Origin: Octopus vulgaris
Lineage: Eukaryota
Reading direction: 5' to 3'
DNA length: 64,000 nt
Assembly (NCBI GenBank): GCA_951406725.2
Contig: OX597832.1
Location: 4,836,001 to 4,900,000, forward strand
Both the position numbers and the translations under genes were made by a program. The notes beneath the pieces were generated by a model. It worked only from the letters and a program-made list of their open reading frames with translations, was not told the origin of the DNA and made no database searches. Shown piece after piece: positions 12,442 to 25,335 of this stretch. Positions within the stretch are counted from its first letter, which is position 1. Every line of letters begins with the position of its first letter.

Positions 12442-13561
12442 ACATACATACATAATATACCTTGGTGCAGGCTGGTGCTGTGGTTATGAAATTCCCAATA
12501 GTAATAGAAAGTGCAAGGAGAAAACATTATACATCTTTATGGAATAGAGTGTGTTGGTGAACAACTTGATGTCAAATATATGAGTTGTCTTTTTCTTCTT
12601 TGAATGCAATCTAGGATATCTGTGTGTAACATCTGCACTATCCAAGACGTAAGTGCAGCTCACCATTGCACACAGGAAGCTTGTGTAAAGTGATTAAGTG
12701 TTTTGGTTGGGTTTTCTTTGGCCCTTAAAATTGTGATGATTTCCTCAGTTTCTGGATTCTGGAAACTCACCAGTGTTGATATGAGCAGCAGTGGTGATGG
12801 TGGTTTTGTTGTTGTTGTTATCGTCATTGTTTTTGCTGTTGTTGCTGCTGCAGCTACAACTGCTGTTGCCTTTTGTTTAGTTCCATTGTCACCCAGATCA
12901 GACAGATCAATGATCAAATGCATTCCAACCATGCCCATCACATTGTTTTCAGACATAGTGTATCTAGTGTCATGCTTTCCAATGTGTATCTTTTTCTAAG
13001 ACAAAAAGAAGTATGATTTTATTCAGCTGCTATTTGTAGCATGTCAAGTCCCCATTTGATGCTCCTTTATTGGTTTGTTGATATAAGTTGTTGAGGTTGT
13101 TGTTATTTAGCCCCAAGTAAATGCTGTTGAATAAACCTATAAAAACACCCCATTCCTAATCATCTCACTATTTCTTATCTTTAGGACTACATTGTCTGAT
13201 GTTCCCTTCCTATTTAAAGACAGTTGGCAGTGATTTGAAAGAGATTTAGCTGCTCTTTCTCACAGGTTTTGTATTTTGCATAGATGTATTATTGGCTTAT
13301 AATATGAGAAGTTGAAAATGTTGGTGATAAAACTAATTCTCTCAAGGCCTAGGTGTACTTAGTGACCTCACTAGAGCTGGTCCCACAATAAGAGAAAAAA
13401 GGCCCCAATACACTCTGTTAAGTGGTTGGCATTAGGAAGAGCATCTAGTTGCAGAAACCAAGCCAAAACAGACATTGGAACATGGTACAGTCCTCTTGTT
13501 TATTAGCTGCTGTCAAACTGCCCAACCCACTCTGATGGTATGGAAATAAACGAACGTTAAA

Positions 13562-13915
13562 TGACGATTATGATGATGATTATGATGACTTGTAATTTTG
13601 TCAAGCTTTTGAATTCTGGGATTTCCCAATTGTTTTCCTGGTATTGATGACAATGACAGTGATGCTGACGATGACAATGATGATGATGATGACAACGACG
13701 ATGACGATGATGATGATTATGATGACTTGTAATTTTGTCAAGCTTTTGAATTCTGGGATTTCCCAATAGTTTTCCTGGTATTGATGACAATGGCAGTGAT
13801 GCTGACGATGACAATAATGATGATGATGATGATGACGACGACAACGATGACAATTTTTAATTTTGGTTAAGCTCTTGATTTTTGGGATTTCCCAATTGCT
13901 GTTCTGGTATTGATG
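13562..13915. repeat. Three tandem units of about 125 bp embedded in a (GAT)n SINE tail
   Basis: Unit AATTTTGTCAAGCTTTTGAATTCTGGGATTTCCCAAT...CTGGTATTGATG at about 13592, 13731 and 13859. Confidence 0.85.
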
Positions 13916-14615
13916 GAAAGAAGAGGTCATGTTTAGAGAGTTTTCCTCTTAAGGAGAAGCTTATAAGGATTCACTAAAGGATGGTCAAATTGATGTCCTT
14001 AATAAATTAGATATTTTCAAACATTTTTTTTAGCTTGCTCAACACAACACTAGAGCAAAGAAAGAAGAGTTATTATGAATACAAACACTGTTTTGTTTTC
14101 TTGGTTATGAAGGAGAGAAGAGTAAAATATTTCGCTAACGTTTTGGTGAAGTGGTGGGTGACTATTTATCAGCTTGGGAACCAATGGTCTGGATGAGAGG
14201 TACATGTATTCCTGTCTTCTCTGTGTATGTGTGTGCATGTCTGTGTGTGTGTATGTGTGTGTATATTTATGTGTGTGTCTTTGTGTCTGTGTTTGTCCCT
14301 CTACCATTACTTGACAACCGATATTGGTGTGTTTACATCCCCATAACTTAGTGGTTCAGCAAAAGACACCGATACAATAAGTACTATGCTTATAATGAAT
14401 AAGCCCTGGGGTCAATTTTTTCAACTAAAAACCTTATCCCAACATTGTTACAGTCAAATGACCGAAACAAGTAAAAGAATACAAGAAAAAGGGTTCCCGT
14501 TGTACAAGTAGTGTCATTCATTTCCAATCATTATGAACACATTTCTAGTCATGGAGAAATATAACCTTATTTGAAAAACATGGCAACGGGAATGGTATCA
14601 GCATAAAATCCTGCC

Positions 14616-15148
14616 TTAAACCTTTTGTTACCATATTTCTGTTGAGATGCTCTGTTTCTTTCAATTAATTTTAAGAGGAGACCTATTGAGTCAAGTGCAT
14701 CAACATCAAAAAATCAAATGGAAATTGTAGTAGTGATACCTGTGCTGGTGGCACGTAAAAAGCACCAACTGATCGTGGCCGTTGCCAGCCTCCCCTGGCA
14801 CCTGTGCCGGTGGCATGTAAAAAGCACCCACTACACTCACAGAGTGGTTGGCGTTAGAAAGGGCATCCAGCTGTAGAAACACTTCCAGATCAGACTGGAG
14901 CCTGGTGCAGCCTCCTGGCTTCCCAGACCCCGGTCGAACCGTCCAACCCATGCTAGCATGGAAAACGGACGTTAAACAATGATGATGATAATGATGATAA
15001 CAAAGAATTTAGTAAAATAACTTAGTTATCATTAAGCTAGTGTTAGAACATAAATTGTGGAAGATTTTAATTCAGAAGTTTTGCAGACAAGACATTTGTA
15101 CTACAAAGCCAGAGACAGTTTCAGCCAGGTTGGTATTAAAAGGGTTAA
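14616..15148. mobile_element. piggyBac-like MITE carrying a SINE insertion
   Basis: TTAA-ACCTTTT ... AAAAGGG-TTAA ends; a shorter relative lies at 26521-26663. Confidence 0.65.
14676..15000 (+). mobile_element. SINE-like element (family D) with (GAT)n tail
   Basis: GTGGTTGGCGTTAGAAAGGGCATCCAGCTGTAGAAAC...CCCATGCTAGCATGGAAA; copies at 16935-17258, 25828-26310, 30480-30750, 61790-62010. Confidence 0.85.
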
Positions 15149-15764
15149 ATAACTCAACATTTACATCCATGTTAGCAGAGAAAAACAAACATCAAATGAT
15201 TGAATACTACCAATCAGTGTTGATTTCTACACTATAGTGTTATTGTTATAATCTGTAAATTCTACTAAGGTGGTGAGCGGGCAGAAAAATTAGCACACCA
15301 TACAAATGTTTAGCTACATTTCATTTGTCATTATGTTCAGAGTTCAAATTTTGCCAAGGTCAATTTTGCCTTCCATCTTTTTGAGGCCAATAAAATAGGT
15401 ACTAGTTGAGTAGAGAGGTCAGTGCTATCAACTAGCCCCCTCCCACAAAATTTCAGGCCTTTTGCTACTAGTAGAAATAATTATCTATATAATCCTCTCT
15501 CATATTTTCTCACATCACCACTAAATGTCCACATCTTCTCTCATAAGTTCTATTTATATTTTCACTTCAGGCATGGCAGCAGTGGGATTCAGAAGCTTGC
15601 TTTCCAACCATGTGGCCTTGAGTTCAATCTCACTGCACAGTACTTTGAGCAAGTCTTTTCTACTATAGCCTTGAGCCAACCATAGCCTTGAGCCAACCAC
15701 AGCCTTGTAAATAGATTTGGTAGGCAGAATCTGTAAAGATATGTGTATATATATATATATACAT

Positions 15765-16600
15765 GCAGGGTGCATAAGGTATTTGAGGACATACCTTTTT
15801 GGGGTATTGCTGCAATTTTTGCTAATTCTGTATAATCTTTGTTTCAGAAAATAATAACAGCAGACTCTCAGCTTACTCAAGAAATGAAGAGGCTTACGGT
15901 TATTGTGGTTATAAAAGCTGAGCATAGTGATTTAGAAATATCTTGATTTTTAAAAATTGCCAGATCTTTCATCTACAAAGTTTGTAAGGAGTTAGAAACT
16001 GAAGATGGAAACGTATCATCTATATCAAAGCATTAAATGCATTCTAAATGCTCTGAAATCATCAGAGCACCTGAATTTATCCAGCAAGTTCAACAGTCCA
16101 TTGATTACAATCCCAGAAAGTCCATGAGGTCAATTACAAAAGATCTCCATGTGTCAGAAGGAACAGTCAGAAATGTTGTACACAAAGACATCAGATATAA
16201 CTTAATATGATGAGGAAAGATCAGTTTGTCAGAAAATCAAAAGAAAATCACTACATCAGATCTAAAAGGTTCTTCATCCAACTGAAAAATACAGCAGAAG
16301 AAGATTTGATTTGGTTTTTTCTCAAACGAGAAAAACTTCAACCAAGATCAAAAAGTTAATAGAAGAAATGACTGATGGTTATGTGCAAACCCTTCTGAAG
16401 TTCCAAGTATTATGCATACAAAATTTCCTGCAACTGTCATGGTTTTAGGGGTTGTCAGCAATGAAGGACATGTGATGCCTCCTTACTTCTTTCCACAAGG
16501 CCTTAGAGTTAACACTGCCACCTACATTGAGATCCTGGAAACAATTGTTAAGCCCTGAAAGAGTAATTAGTACACAAGATAAGGCCATAATCTTCCATGC
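15765..16600 (+). mobile_element. Tc1/mariner-superfamily (maT/DD37D-like) transposase relic, 3' truncated
   Basis: WFF.NEKNFNQDQKVNRRND*W, HTKFPATVMVLGVVSNEGHVMPPYFFPQGLRVN..YIEIL; stops and frameshifts. Confidence 0.75.
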
Positions 16601-18130
16601 TAGAAAGACTTTACTCTTCAGTGAGAATGCAGAGTGGGTCAAGACTACCGATAGAGAGGGTGCTTTCAATGTGAGCATAGGGTCATATGATGGAGCAGGC
16701 ATATGCGATTCATTGGACTATTCCTACTCAATATGTTGGACAAGATTTTTCCTGATGTACATTTTGCCATTTACAAAGATTATGCCCTAGCTTTAACCAC
16801 AAATACCAATGGACCAGCACAAGATCAGTTTATGAAGGACATTATCCAAATGATGAAAACTTTCAGTCTTAGCATAACTACAGATACCAACCTGACGGTT
16901 GTCAATTTCCTAGATGTATCCTTAAATCTATCCATGCTGTGGAGCACTAAGGGTACCATACGAGTGAGATCGTTGCCAGAGCAATAAGCTGGCCTTCATG
17001 CTGATGGCACATTAAAAACACCATTCGAGCGTGATTGTTGCCGGTACTGCCTGCCTGGCCCTCATGCCGGTGGCACGTAAAAGCACCCACTACACTCTCG
17101 GAGTGGTTGGCGTTAGGAAGGGCATCTAGCTGTAGAAACTCTGCCAGATCAGATTGGAGTCTGGTGCAGCCATCTGGTTCGCCAGACCTCAGTCAAATCA
17201 TCCAACCCATGCTAGGATGGAAAGCAGACGTTAAATGATGATGATGATGATGATGATTTATAAACCTTATAGGAAGCACAATGATAGACTTAGTTATATT
17301 AATGTGAGTTCCTGCTATCCTCCACAACGTTTAAAAATTTAGTTAAAAACATTAGCAAAAGAATTTCTAGCCTCTCCTCCGATAGAGACATTTTTAATAG
17401 CGTTGCCCCAGTAAATAATAAGGCTCTAAAAGATAGTGCATTTAGCAAGGAAATAAGCTATACACCTGTCACCAGTCTAATTATAAAGAAAAGGAAGCAA
17501 AGGAATAGGAAAATTATCTGGTTCACAGCCTCCTACTCCACTGAAGTGACCTTTAATATAGGTAAGTATTTCTTAGCACTGATAGGTAGACATTTTCCAG
17601 TTAATCATAGTTACAGAAAGCTCTTCAATAGACATAACTTAAAAATCAGTTTCAGCTCAACTACTAATTTTAAAATATAACCATACACAACACACAAAAA
17701 CCATAAAATGAAACCAGCTGTTCATGCAGGGGCAAAAATTTGTGCCTGCTAAATAGAGCATGCATGTCCGAGACCATCATTTATGAAGCCACTGTAGACT
17801 CTACAATCACTAAGAACACAGTTTTGACAAAAAACTATGTAGGCCTTACAGAGGAGAATTTCAAGGCCAGGTTCAATAATAACACCTTGAGCTTCAGGCA
17901 CTGGGATAAAAGGAAAACAACCAAATTATCCAGTCATATATGGTCCTTAAAAGATAAAGGTGTCAGTTACAACTTCCATTGGAAGATCTTAGCCAACAGC
18001 AGTGGAAAGTGCAGTCTTTGTGGCATGGAAAGACGGCTCATCTGGAAAAGCAGCTTAGACTCAGCCACATGTCTAAATTCAAGAACTGAACTTTTGGATC
18101 ATGTCCATATATAGCTAAATATTTGTTACG
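16590..18130 (+). mobile_element. Penelope-like element: decayed RT plus GIY-YIG endonuclease
   Basis: FNVSIGSYDGA.IC, VNFLDVSLNL, YKPYRKHND..SYIN, IIYEATV...KNYVGLTEENFKARFNN..SF, CSLC.ME, LNSRTEL. Confidence 0.85.
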
Positions 18131-18549
18131 GTTTTGGTCTCACCAAGATCACAGATAGAACTTGCTTTGTATTGTGTCCACGTACAAGCTTTTTTTATCT
18201 CTCTATATTTCTTATATATATTTTTTACATATTTATAGAGATATATTTTTATTGCTTTATATATTTTTACACATTTTTTCTGTATTTTACCTTTCACCCT
18301 GCATTTTTCTTGTGCATGTGCATACATAGACGTGTATATGAACTTTTTGTGTGGGTATTTATATATGTACATGTCTATGGTTTCATATACACGTGGGTGT
18401 ACATGCATATGTTCCACGTGAGTGTTATACATGTTTCACAAAGTCCTGTGCTCACATATGCATATATACATAAATTTATAGATGTAAGTATGTACATATA
18501 CATATGTATATATGCATATATATATATTATTTACATTATGTATATATAT

Positions 18550-19325
18550 ACTAGCTGGTGCACCTGGTAATTCCCGGGGGTAAAGGTGTTCTATTGAAAT
18601 GCCTTATTACTCTGATATAAGAAAGCAATTTTATTATAACTGCCGCAAAAAGTGTTTTTTCCATCATGGAAAAATACAAACAACTGTCAGCTGGAGAAGG
18701 GAGAGATTGTCGGAGGTTGGCGAGAGGCAAAGACATTATTCTGCTTAGTGAAGGCATCTGGGAAATGTATAACTGCTCTTGTAAGAATCAAATATTGATT
18801 ACTTCACTAAAATCTACAGGTGGTATGGGTTATTTCCTTTGGGTTGTTTAAATAAAATATTAGTAATATGTAGTAGATAGAAGGATCCATTGGAAGGGCC
18901 CTATTATCAATTTTTTTCAACAATCTAAGTATGTCACGAGGTTTCCATACATGAGTTCTACTCATGTGTCAAATAAAGTATAAAAGTGATATTGTCTGCA
19001 AAAATTAGAAATAGGACACACAAAAAATCAATATTAAAATTAATCGAACATAAACAATGAAGTGGATTATTTACCTTGAGTGTTTAAAAACATATTGTAC
19101 AGGTGCTATGGGTTATTTCCCTTGGGTGTTTTTTAAAAAATAGTTATAAAGGTCCCTTCCAGGAGCCATATTATCGACTTTTTCAACAATCTAAATATGT
19201 CACAAGGTTTCCAGATATGAGTTCTACTCACGTGTTAAGTTTCATCAAAATCAATAAAACGATGTAGGAGGAGTTAGCTAACAACGCCACAAACAAACAC
19301 ACATCGATTTTCCACATATATACAT
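18550..19325 (-). mobile_element. Non-autonomous Helitron-like element with an internal duplication
   Basis: ACTAG end with hairpin (CCTGG-taatt-CCCGG); 18815-18970 repeated at 19098-19240; flanked by (TA)n. Confidence 0.55.
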
Positions 19326-19327
19326 AC

Positions 19328-19358
<31 letters not shown>

Positions 19359-20104
19359 GTATTTATATATACATTATATATATATATTTATATAGTACAC
19401 TATATATATATATGTGTGTAAGTGGTGGTGGTGGTGACAGCAGTTATGATGGTGCTGGTGATAATCTTGGTGTTGCATGCAGCAACACCAAAATTTCTTT
19501 ACCTAAATTATTCTCACTCTTCTTCATTGTCTTATTTTATTTTCATTTCTTCCTATTCTTCAACCCTTTTCCTTCTCCCCCCCCCCCCATCCTCACTTTC
19601 TTGTTTTTCATCTCTATTTTAATATTTTCACCTCTGCCAAACACTCTCTTCCTACCAAGTCACATTACAGCCACACATTTCCCTCACTTTCCTTCCTAAT
19701 CAGAACTAAAACTCTGCTTTAAATTCCTTTAAACTTTTAACCTTTACCACTCACTCTTGCCAAACCTTCTCTTTTCTAATCACGCCATTTTTCCTTAATA
19801 TTTTAACACTATCATGCTATTTATACTTTATATTTTTATCTTATTTCTATTTTTACTTTTATCATACTTCCACTCTCACCATAACTACACCCTTCATCTT
19901 ATCTTATTATAGTTTTCTACACCAATATCATCTAATTTTTTAAAATTTTAATTTCCTCTTATTTGTATTGTTCTTATCATTATTACCATTATCACATTAC
20001 ATTTTTTACTAGTACTTTCACTACTGTTGTAATTATTTGTACTATTGCAATCATCACCTCTAATCTACCTCTACCCAATCTCTGTATTTATAGTATACAT
20101 AGAC

Positions 20105-22735
20105 CTGGGGTGGCCAAACTCGCTTAACATAAGAGCCACATTCAATAAAGTTCAGATGTTTGAGGGCCACAATACATGAACAAAATTTACACATGTTTTT
20201 GTTACATACACATTTTGTTACAAAACTTCTATATAAATATTAAGAAATGCATGTATGTAATAATATTTATTCATATATGCAGTTTTTAAAACTGTTAATT
20301 TGTATTGGTTTAAGTTATCACAAAATACACACACACATATATATATATACCAAATGTTTGCAAAACCTTGACTGATGATTGTTTTAACTATATTGAGCAT
20401 TTTAAATATGGTAATGAACTATGGGAACTTCTAAGACAAATGTGCAAATTTGCATTTCAGTAACATAAAATTAGACTGCAGAAAATAACACTAAAACAAG
20501 AAAAACAATTTTATTTTAAATGACATTTAATTGTCTTAGTAAATATCTGGTCAAAACATGGAGGAATATATATAAAAAAGCAAGCCAATAAAATTTGAGA
20601 TATTTTAATCAGATACCACTTTACAAAATTACAGTCGTTTTATGACAAACAGACAATGCTACAAATATTGGGCTATTAAAGCCACTATTTACTGCTAGTA
20701 GGTCTTGTGGGTCTTCATCTTGGCTGTGAGTTGTTGAAAATCTGGTTGATATGTTGTCAAGGCTGTAGGAATTAGCCCTGTCAGTTGTTGGTTTGTAAGG
20801 ATTGCACAAAGCTTCGACTTCACAAACTTCATTACAAAGTACAGTGATTCACAGCAGTATGTTGTACTGAAAATTGAGATGAGTCACAAGAGTTTTCGTC
20901 GGTTTAGGATATTTTATTTCAGGAACTTGTTTCCAAAACTCAATTGTGGACTGAGATTTATGGATCATCTTTAGACCTAGGTCCTCCTGTAATTCCATTA
21001 GTTCCATTTCCACAGCAGATGATTCCATAGCTAGAGGTGCAAGAATTGAACATCCATCATTGACCACATCAACCATAAATGGATTTACAATAATGGCAAA
21101 GCATGGCTTCAGCTTCTGCAAGTCATCAAACCTGGCTAGGAAATTATCAAACAATCCTCGTAATTTATCTTTGTATTCTTCCAGTTTGTGGGTTTTTTTA
21201 TTTCAATAACAGGGAATGTATTTACTCTCCTACTGAGATTGGGAAAGTTACTGAAGTTTCTTGACAATATGTCTCTTTGAAAAACTCTTATTTTACTCTA
21301 AAAGTTGAAAATTGTTTGAGCAAGATTAGAAACAATCTTAATATTCCCCTGGAGTGCCAAGTTGAGAGTTTGTAGATGATTCATTGTATCAGTAAAGAAC
21401 ATCAGATCTTGCATCCATTCATCATTTTCCAATTCAGGACAGGATCTTTTCTTTTGTTTAAGAAAAGTAATAATAGGCTCCAACAGATCAACAAACCTAC
21501 TCAAGACATTGCTGGTTGACTGCCACCTCACAATGCCAGAGAAAGAGACATCACTTTTAATGCCACTAAGTCCAACATCTTTTCTTTCACAGAGGAAACA
21601 TAATGAATAAATGCTGCCAACTGTCGGTTGTCTTGTATGACTTGATTTGTCAAGAGATAAGCAGAATGCGAGAGAAATTTTAAAATCATTTTGCATTTTG
21701 TCTTCACTGATCTGAGAGATACACTTCTCTGTATTGTGGCATGAAAATTTGGTGTTTGTTCTATGAGTTGCTGAAGTCTTGTGTTATTTGCATATAACAC
21801 TGCAACAACTTCAGCCATATTCTTCTTAACAAATTCGCCATCAGAATTTGGGCGTTTAGCACAAGCAATATTCCATGACATAACAAAACTGGCTGCAGTC
21901 GGTGTATCAACTTCCTTACTGGACGCTGTCAACAGTGTCCGCTGGCTATTTAGGGATGATTTTAACACAGTTAACTTGTTTTTCTTTAATTCTGATTTAG
22001 GTGGATAATCATACAAAAAGTTTTGGGGGTTTGTTTCGTAGTGGCATTTCAAGTAACTGGTTTTGTAATGACTGAGTGACCCATGGCAGATAAGGCACAA
22101 AGTTTTACCTCCTTTAATGGTGAATGCAAAATCTTCCTCCCACTCTGGCTTAAAATTTCTGTTTTCATCTTCATATTTTCGTTTCTAACAATTTGAAGAG
22201 GCCATCTTCCTTCACAAAATTTTTGCAGACACTTTTAAACAAAACTTGCGTCCAAAGTGAACCTAAGTCTGCACAGTTCAATGTCTTGTGTTACACTGCA
22301 TTAATGTACATGACATGAGTGTGGTCAGGCCTAGACTCATTAAGCCACCTGTGACCACTCTCACTCTCTCAGCTCACCCAAACCTTTAATCCCCTTACCC
22401 ATGACCTCAGTCTTCTGACATTCCTCTGTAACCCTTGCTGACCAGAAATTTCTTTAATCCCCCTGCCTCCCACCATTCCTCACTTAGATCTAGCATTAAA
22501 ATCAGGATTTATATTCTTAAATATTTTTACTAACCATGAACATTAAATTTGCATTTTAATCCAATGGTGTCTCAATTCATATCCAGTAAATAATTATAAA
22601 GCTTGAAATTTTTCTTATTTACCTTTTATATGAACTGTAATGAAAAAAGGAGCTCAGCCAACATATTTCCAAGAGCTGCATATTAAAGGTCAAGGAGATG
22701 CATGTGGCTTGTAAACCACAGTTTGGCCACCCCTG
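20105..22735 (-). mobile_element. Near full-length hAT transposon (Charlie/Buster/SPIN-like), transposase disrupted
   Basis: 16-bp TIRs CTGGGGTGGCCAAACT / AGTTTGGCCACCCCTG; perfect 8-bp TSD ACATAGAC (20097-20104, 22736-22743). Confidence 0.93.
20790..22205 (-). pseudogene. hAT transposase pseudogene (GTF2IRD2/SPIN-like)
   Basis: KRKYEDENRNFKPEWEEDF, BED-like CLIC...LKCHYET, KRPNSDGEFVK, VRWQS..NVLSRF, DLMFFTD..HLQTLNLALQG, IEFWKQVP; several frameshifts and an internal deletion. Confidence 0.85.
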
Positions 22736-22804
22736 ACATAGACCAAGCATTTACTAGTCTTCTCTGAAGAGCCATGAGTCAGAATATCTGGCCATGTTGT
22801 AAGA

Positions 22805-23130
22805 CTGGAACTCCTTTGGTTATGACATTGTGGGTTCCAGTTGATCTGATCAACGGAATAGCCTGCTCATGAAATTAACGTGTGAGTGGTTGAATATTCC
22901 ACAGACACATGTACCCTTAATGTAGTTATCAAGGAGACTGAGTGTGACAATAGAGTGTGACAAGGCCGGCTCTTTGAAATACAGGTACTGCTCATTTTTG
23001 CCAGCTGAATGGACTAGAGCAATGTGAAATAAAGTGTCTTGCCCAAGAACACAATGCATTGTCAGGAACTGAACTTATGACCTTACATTTATGAGCCAAA
23101 TACCCTAACCACTCAGCCACATGCCTTCAT
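22805..23130 (-). mobile_element. tRNA-derived SINE (family E) with TSD
   Basis: 11-bp TSD ATGTTGTAAGA at 22794-22804 and 23131-23141. Confidence 0.85.
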
Positions 23131-23389
23131 ATGTTGTAAGAAGACAAGAAGACACCAATTAACATTACCCTGTTATTGAGTTCTTTCCAAAGGTAGATTA
23201 CAACAATCACCAATCTAAAATCAGTCTGCATGTCTATCATACACAAGGGAAATTTAGATTTACTTGTAATACTTGTAAAGAATTATCTCAGATATTAATT
23301 CTACTTGAATTTATTGATAACCAAATTCATTTAATACTGAGTGCCTTAAATATCTGCCTGGATTTATTAATCCCTTTTACTGATTTTAT

Positions 23390-23438
<49 letters not shown>

Positions 23439-23447
23439 TATATATGT

Positions 23448-23925
23448 GGAGGCACAATGGCCCAGTGGTTAGGGCAGCGGACTTGCGGTTTCGATTCCCA
23501 GACCGGGCCTTGTGAGTGTTTATTGAGTGTAAACACCTAAAGCTCCACGAGGCTCCCACAGGGAGTGGTGGTGGACCCTGCTGTACTTTTTCACCACAAC
23601 TTTCTCTCACTCTTTCTTCTTGTTTCTGTTGTACCTGTATTTCAAAGAGCCAGCCTTGTCACACTCTGTGTCACGCTGAATCTCCTCGAGAACACATGTC
23701 CGCACGCCAACTTGCACGTTAATAAATGAGCTGCGACGTCACTGGTGCCAAGCTCTATTGGTCCCTTTGCCTTTCCCTTGGATAACATCGGTGGTGTGGA
23801 GAGGGGAGGCCGGTATGCATGGGCGATTGCTGGTCTTCCATAAACAACCTTGCCCAGACTTGTGCCTCGGATGGTAACTTTCTAGGTGCAATCCCATGGT
23901 CATTCATGACCGAAGGGGGTCACAA
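23448..23925 (+). mobile_element. tRNA-derived SINE (family C head, tail shared with 29120-29310)
   Basis: TGGCCCAGTGGTTAGGGC A box, GGTTTCGATTCC B box. Confidence 0.85.
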
Positions 23926-23959
23926 TATATATATACATATGATGATATATATACATATA

Positions 23960-25045
23960 TATAGATATAGATATATATCTGATCCATGATAGAAAATTCA
24001 ACAAAAAAAGTACTCCATCTGGTGAGAGATAAATATTATTTATTGAAAGGTCACAATACATGTATTAAAGTGCTAATAATAGTTTCATATTTTGAGAAAA
24101 CTCAAACGTATTCTTCAGGCACAAACCACATGTCATAACGAACTAAAGAAACTGAATAATAGAAGAAACACAGAAAAACTGAGAAGGCAGCATATAGAAA
24201 ACACAAACTGTAAACAACAGAAAATGAAAAATGGAAAACATAAAACAGAAACTGAAATGTCAAGAATAAAAAGTAAAATGGCAAAAGAGCTATTCTCCTT
24301 AGAGCTTAAATGATAAGGCTGGAAAGATATCATGCCAGTCAGGAATAGGTGGAAGTTTCCAATTCTTCAAAATATATTTAAAAATATGCATGCAACCACT
24401 GAAAATTTCTGACCTGGAGTTCAATAGAAAGTTAGGGACCTTAGATCTGAACAGGATCTGTGCTCTTTCAGCCAAACAAAGTCAGCAATGGTTCGATCCA
24501 TTCACATAAGGTATGGATTTCTCAATTACTTTCCATTTAATTATATGCAGTGTTTCATTATGTTTCAAAGTCCATATGTAGCTAGCCAACTTAGTAGCTT
24601 TACTTTTGTCCCTATGTGGGAATGAGGCTATGTAATTGGTACAGCAATTTTTAAATTCTCCTTCACATAGTCCAATATAGGTCTTCTTATCAGTTGTACT
24701 ATTATTTACGGTTGCAGTAACTTCTGCCTCATATATGATAGATTTAGTCATACATCGTTGGTCAAGTGGACAGGAACCTGGGTCGCAACAGTTGCAACTG
24801 GATTCAGGTTATTGGCATTGACCACATGTAATGATACTCTTCATACAGGGGCAGTTGCTATATGATAATTTCACAGAACACCTATTAAATATTTTCCTGT
24901 ATCTGTGAGTGGCTGGAAAGTGTGTCTAGGAGTGACAGGAATCTTTTGCTAATGTTAGTTTTCGCATTAAGGGAAAAGGGAGGGGCAAACCAAATAATTT
25001 TCCTTGGCCTATTTTTAGGTTTCTTATTATCGTGATTAATTCTAG
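23960..25045 (-). mobile_element. Penelope-like element 3' part (GIY-YIG plus 3' region)
   Basis: [25 protein letters not shown]...KTYIGLCEGEFK, ATKLASYIWTLK, IKWKVIEKSIPYVNGSNHC. Confidence 0.85.
24070..24122 (-). ncRNA. Type I hammerhead ribozyme motif in the PLE 3' region
   Basis: GTGC-CTGAAGA-ATACGTTTGAG-tttt-CTCAAAATAT-GAAA-CTATTA-TTA-GCAC: stems I and II and the core are present; stem III has a mismatch. Confidence 0.7.
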
Positions 25046-25054
25046 AGTGGTTAT

Positions 25055-25335
25055 GTACTACTTTATCTTTGATGCCACTAGATTTATGTCCTGGGGCATT
25101 TGAGGTTTTCCAGGATTGCTTGCAGCCAAGAGTTTTGGGAATGGTCTTTTTTCCCTTTCTACTGTGTCTACATCATGGCAGTAGGTTGAATCAGCACATT
25201 GCAACAAGAATTTGCCTTTGCTGAGATTTGCTTTTTGTGCAAGAATTTTTTCATGTGTAATTCTGTTTCTCAAGATAAATTTAAGGATCTTCCTCAGGCA
25301 TCGCAAGTGAAATGCATCCTACTTCTTGTCACCAT
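25055..25335 (-). mobile_element. RTE-like LINE fragment
   Basis: FHLRCLRKILKFILRNRITHEKILAQKANL motif. Confidence 0.6.
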
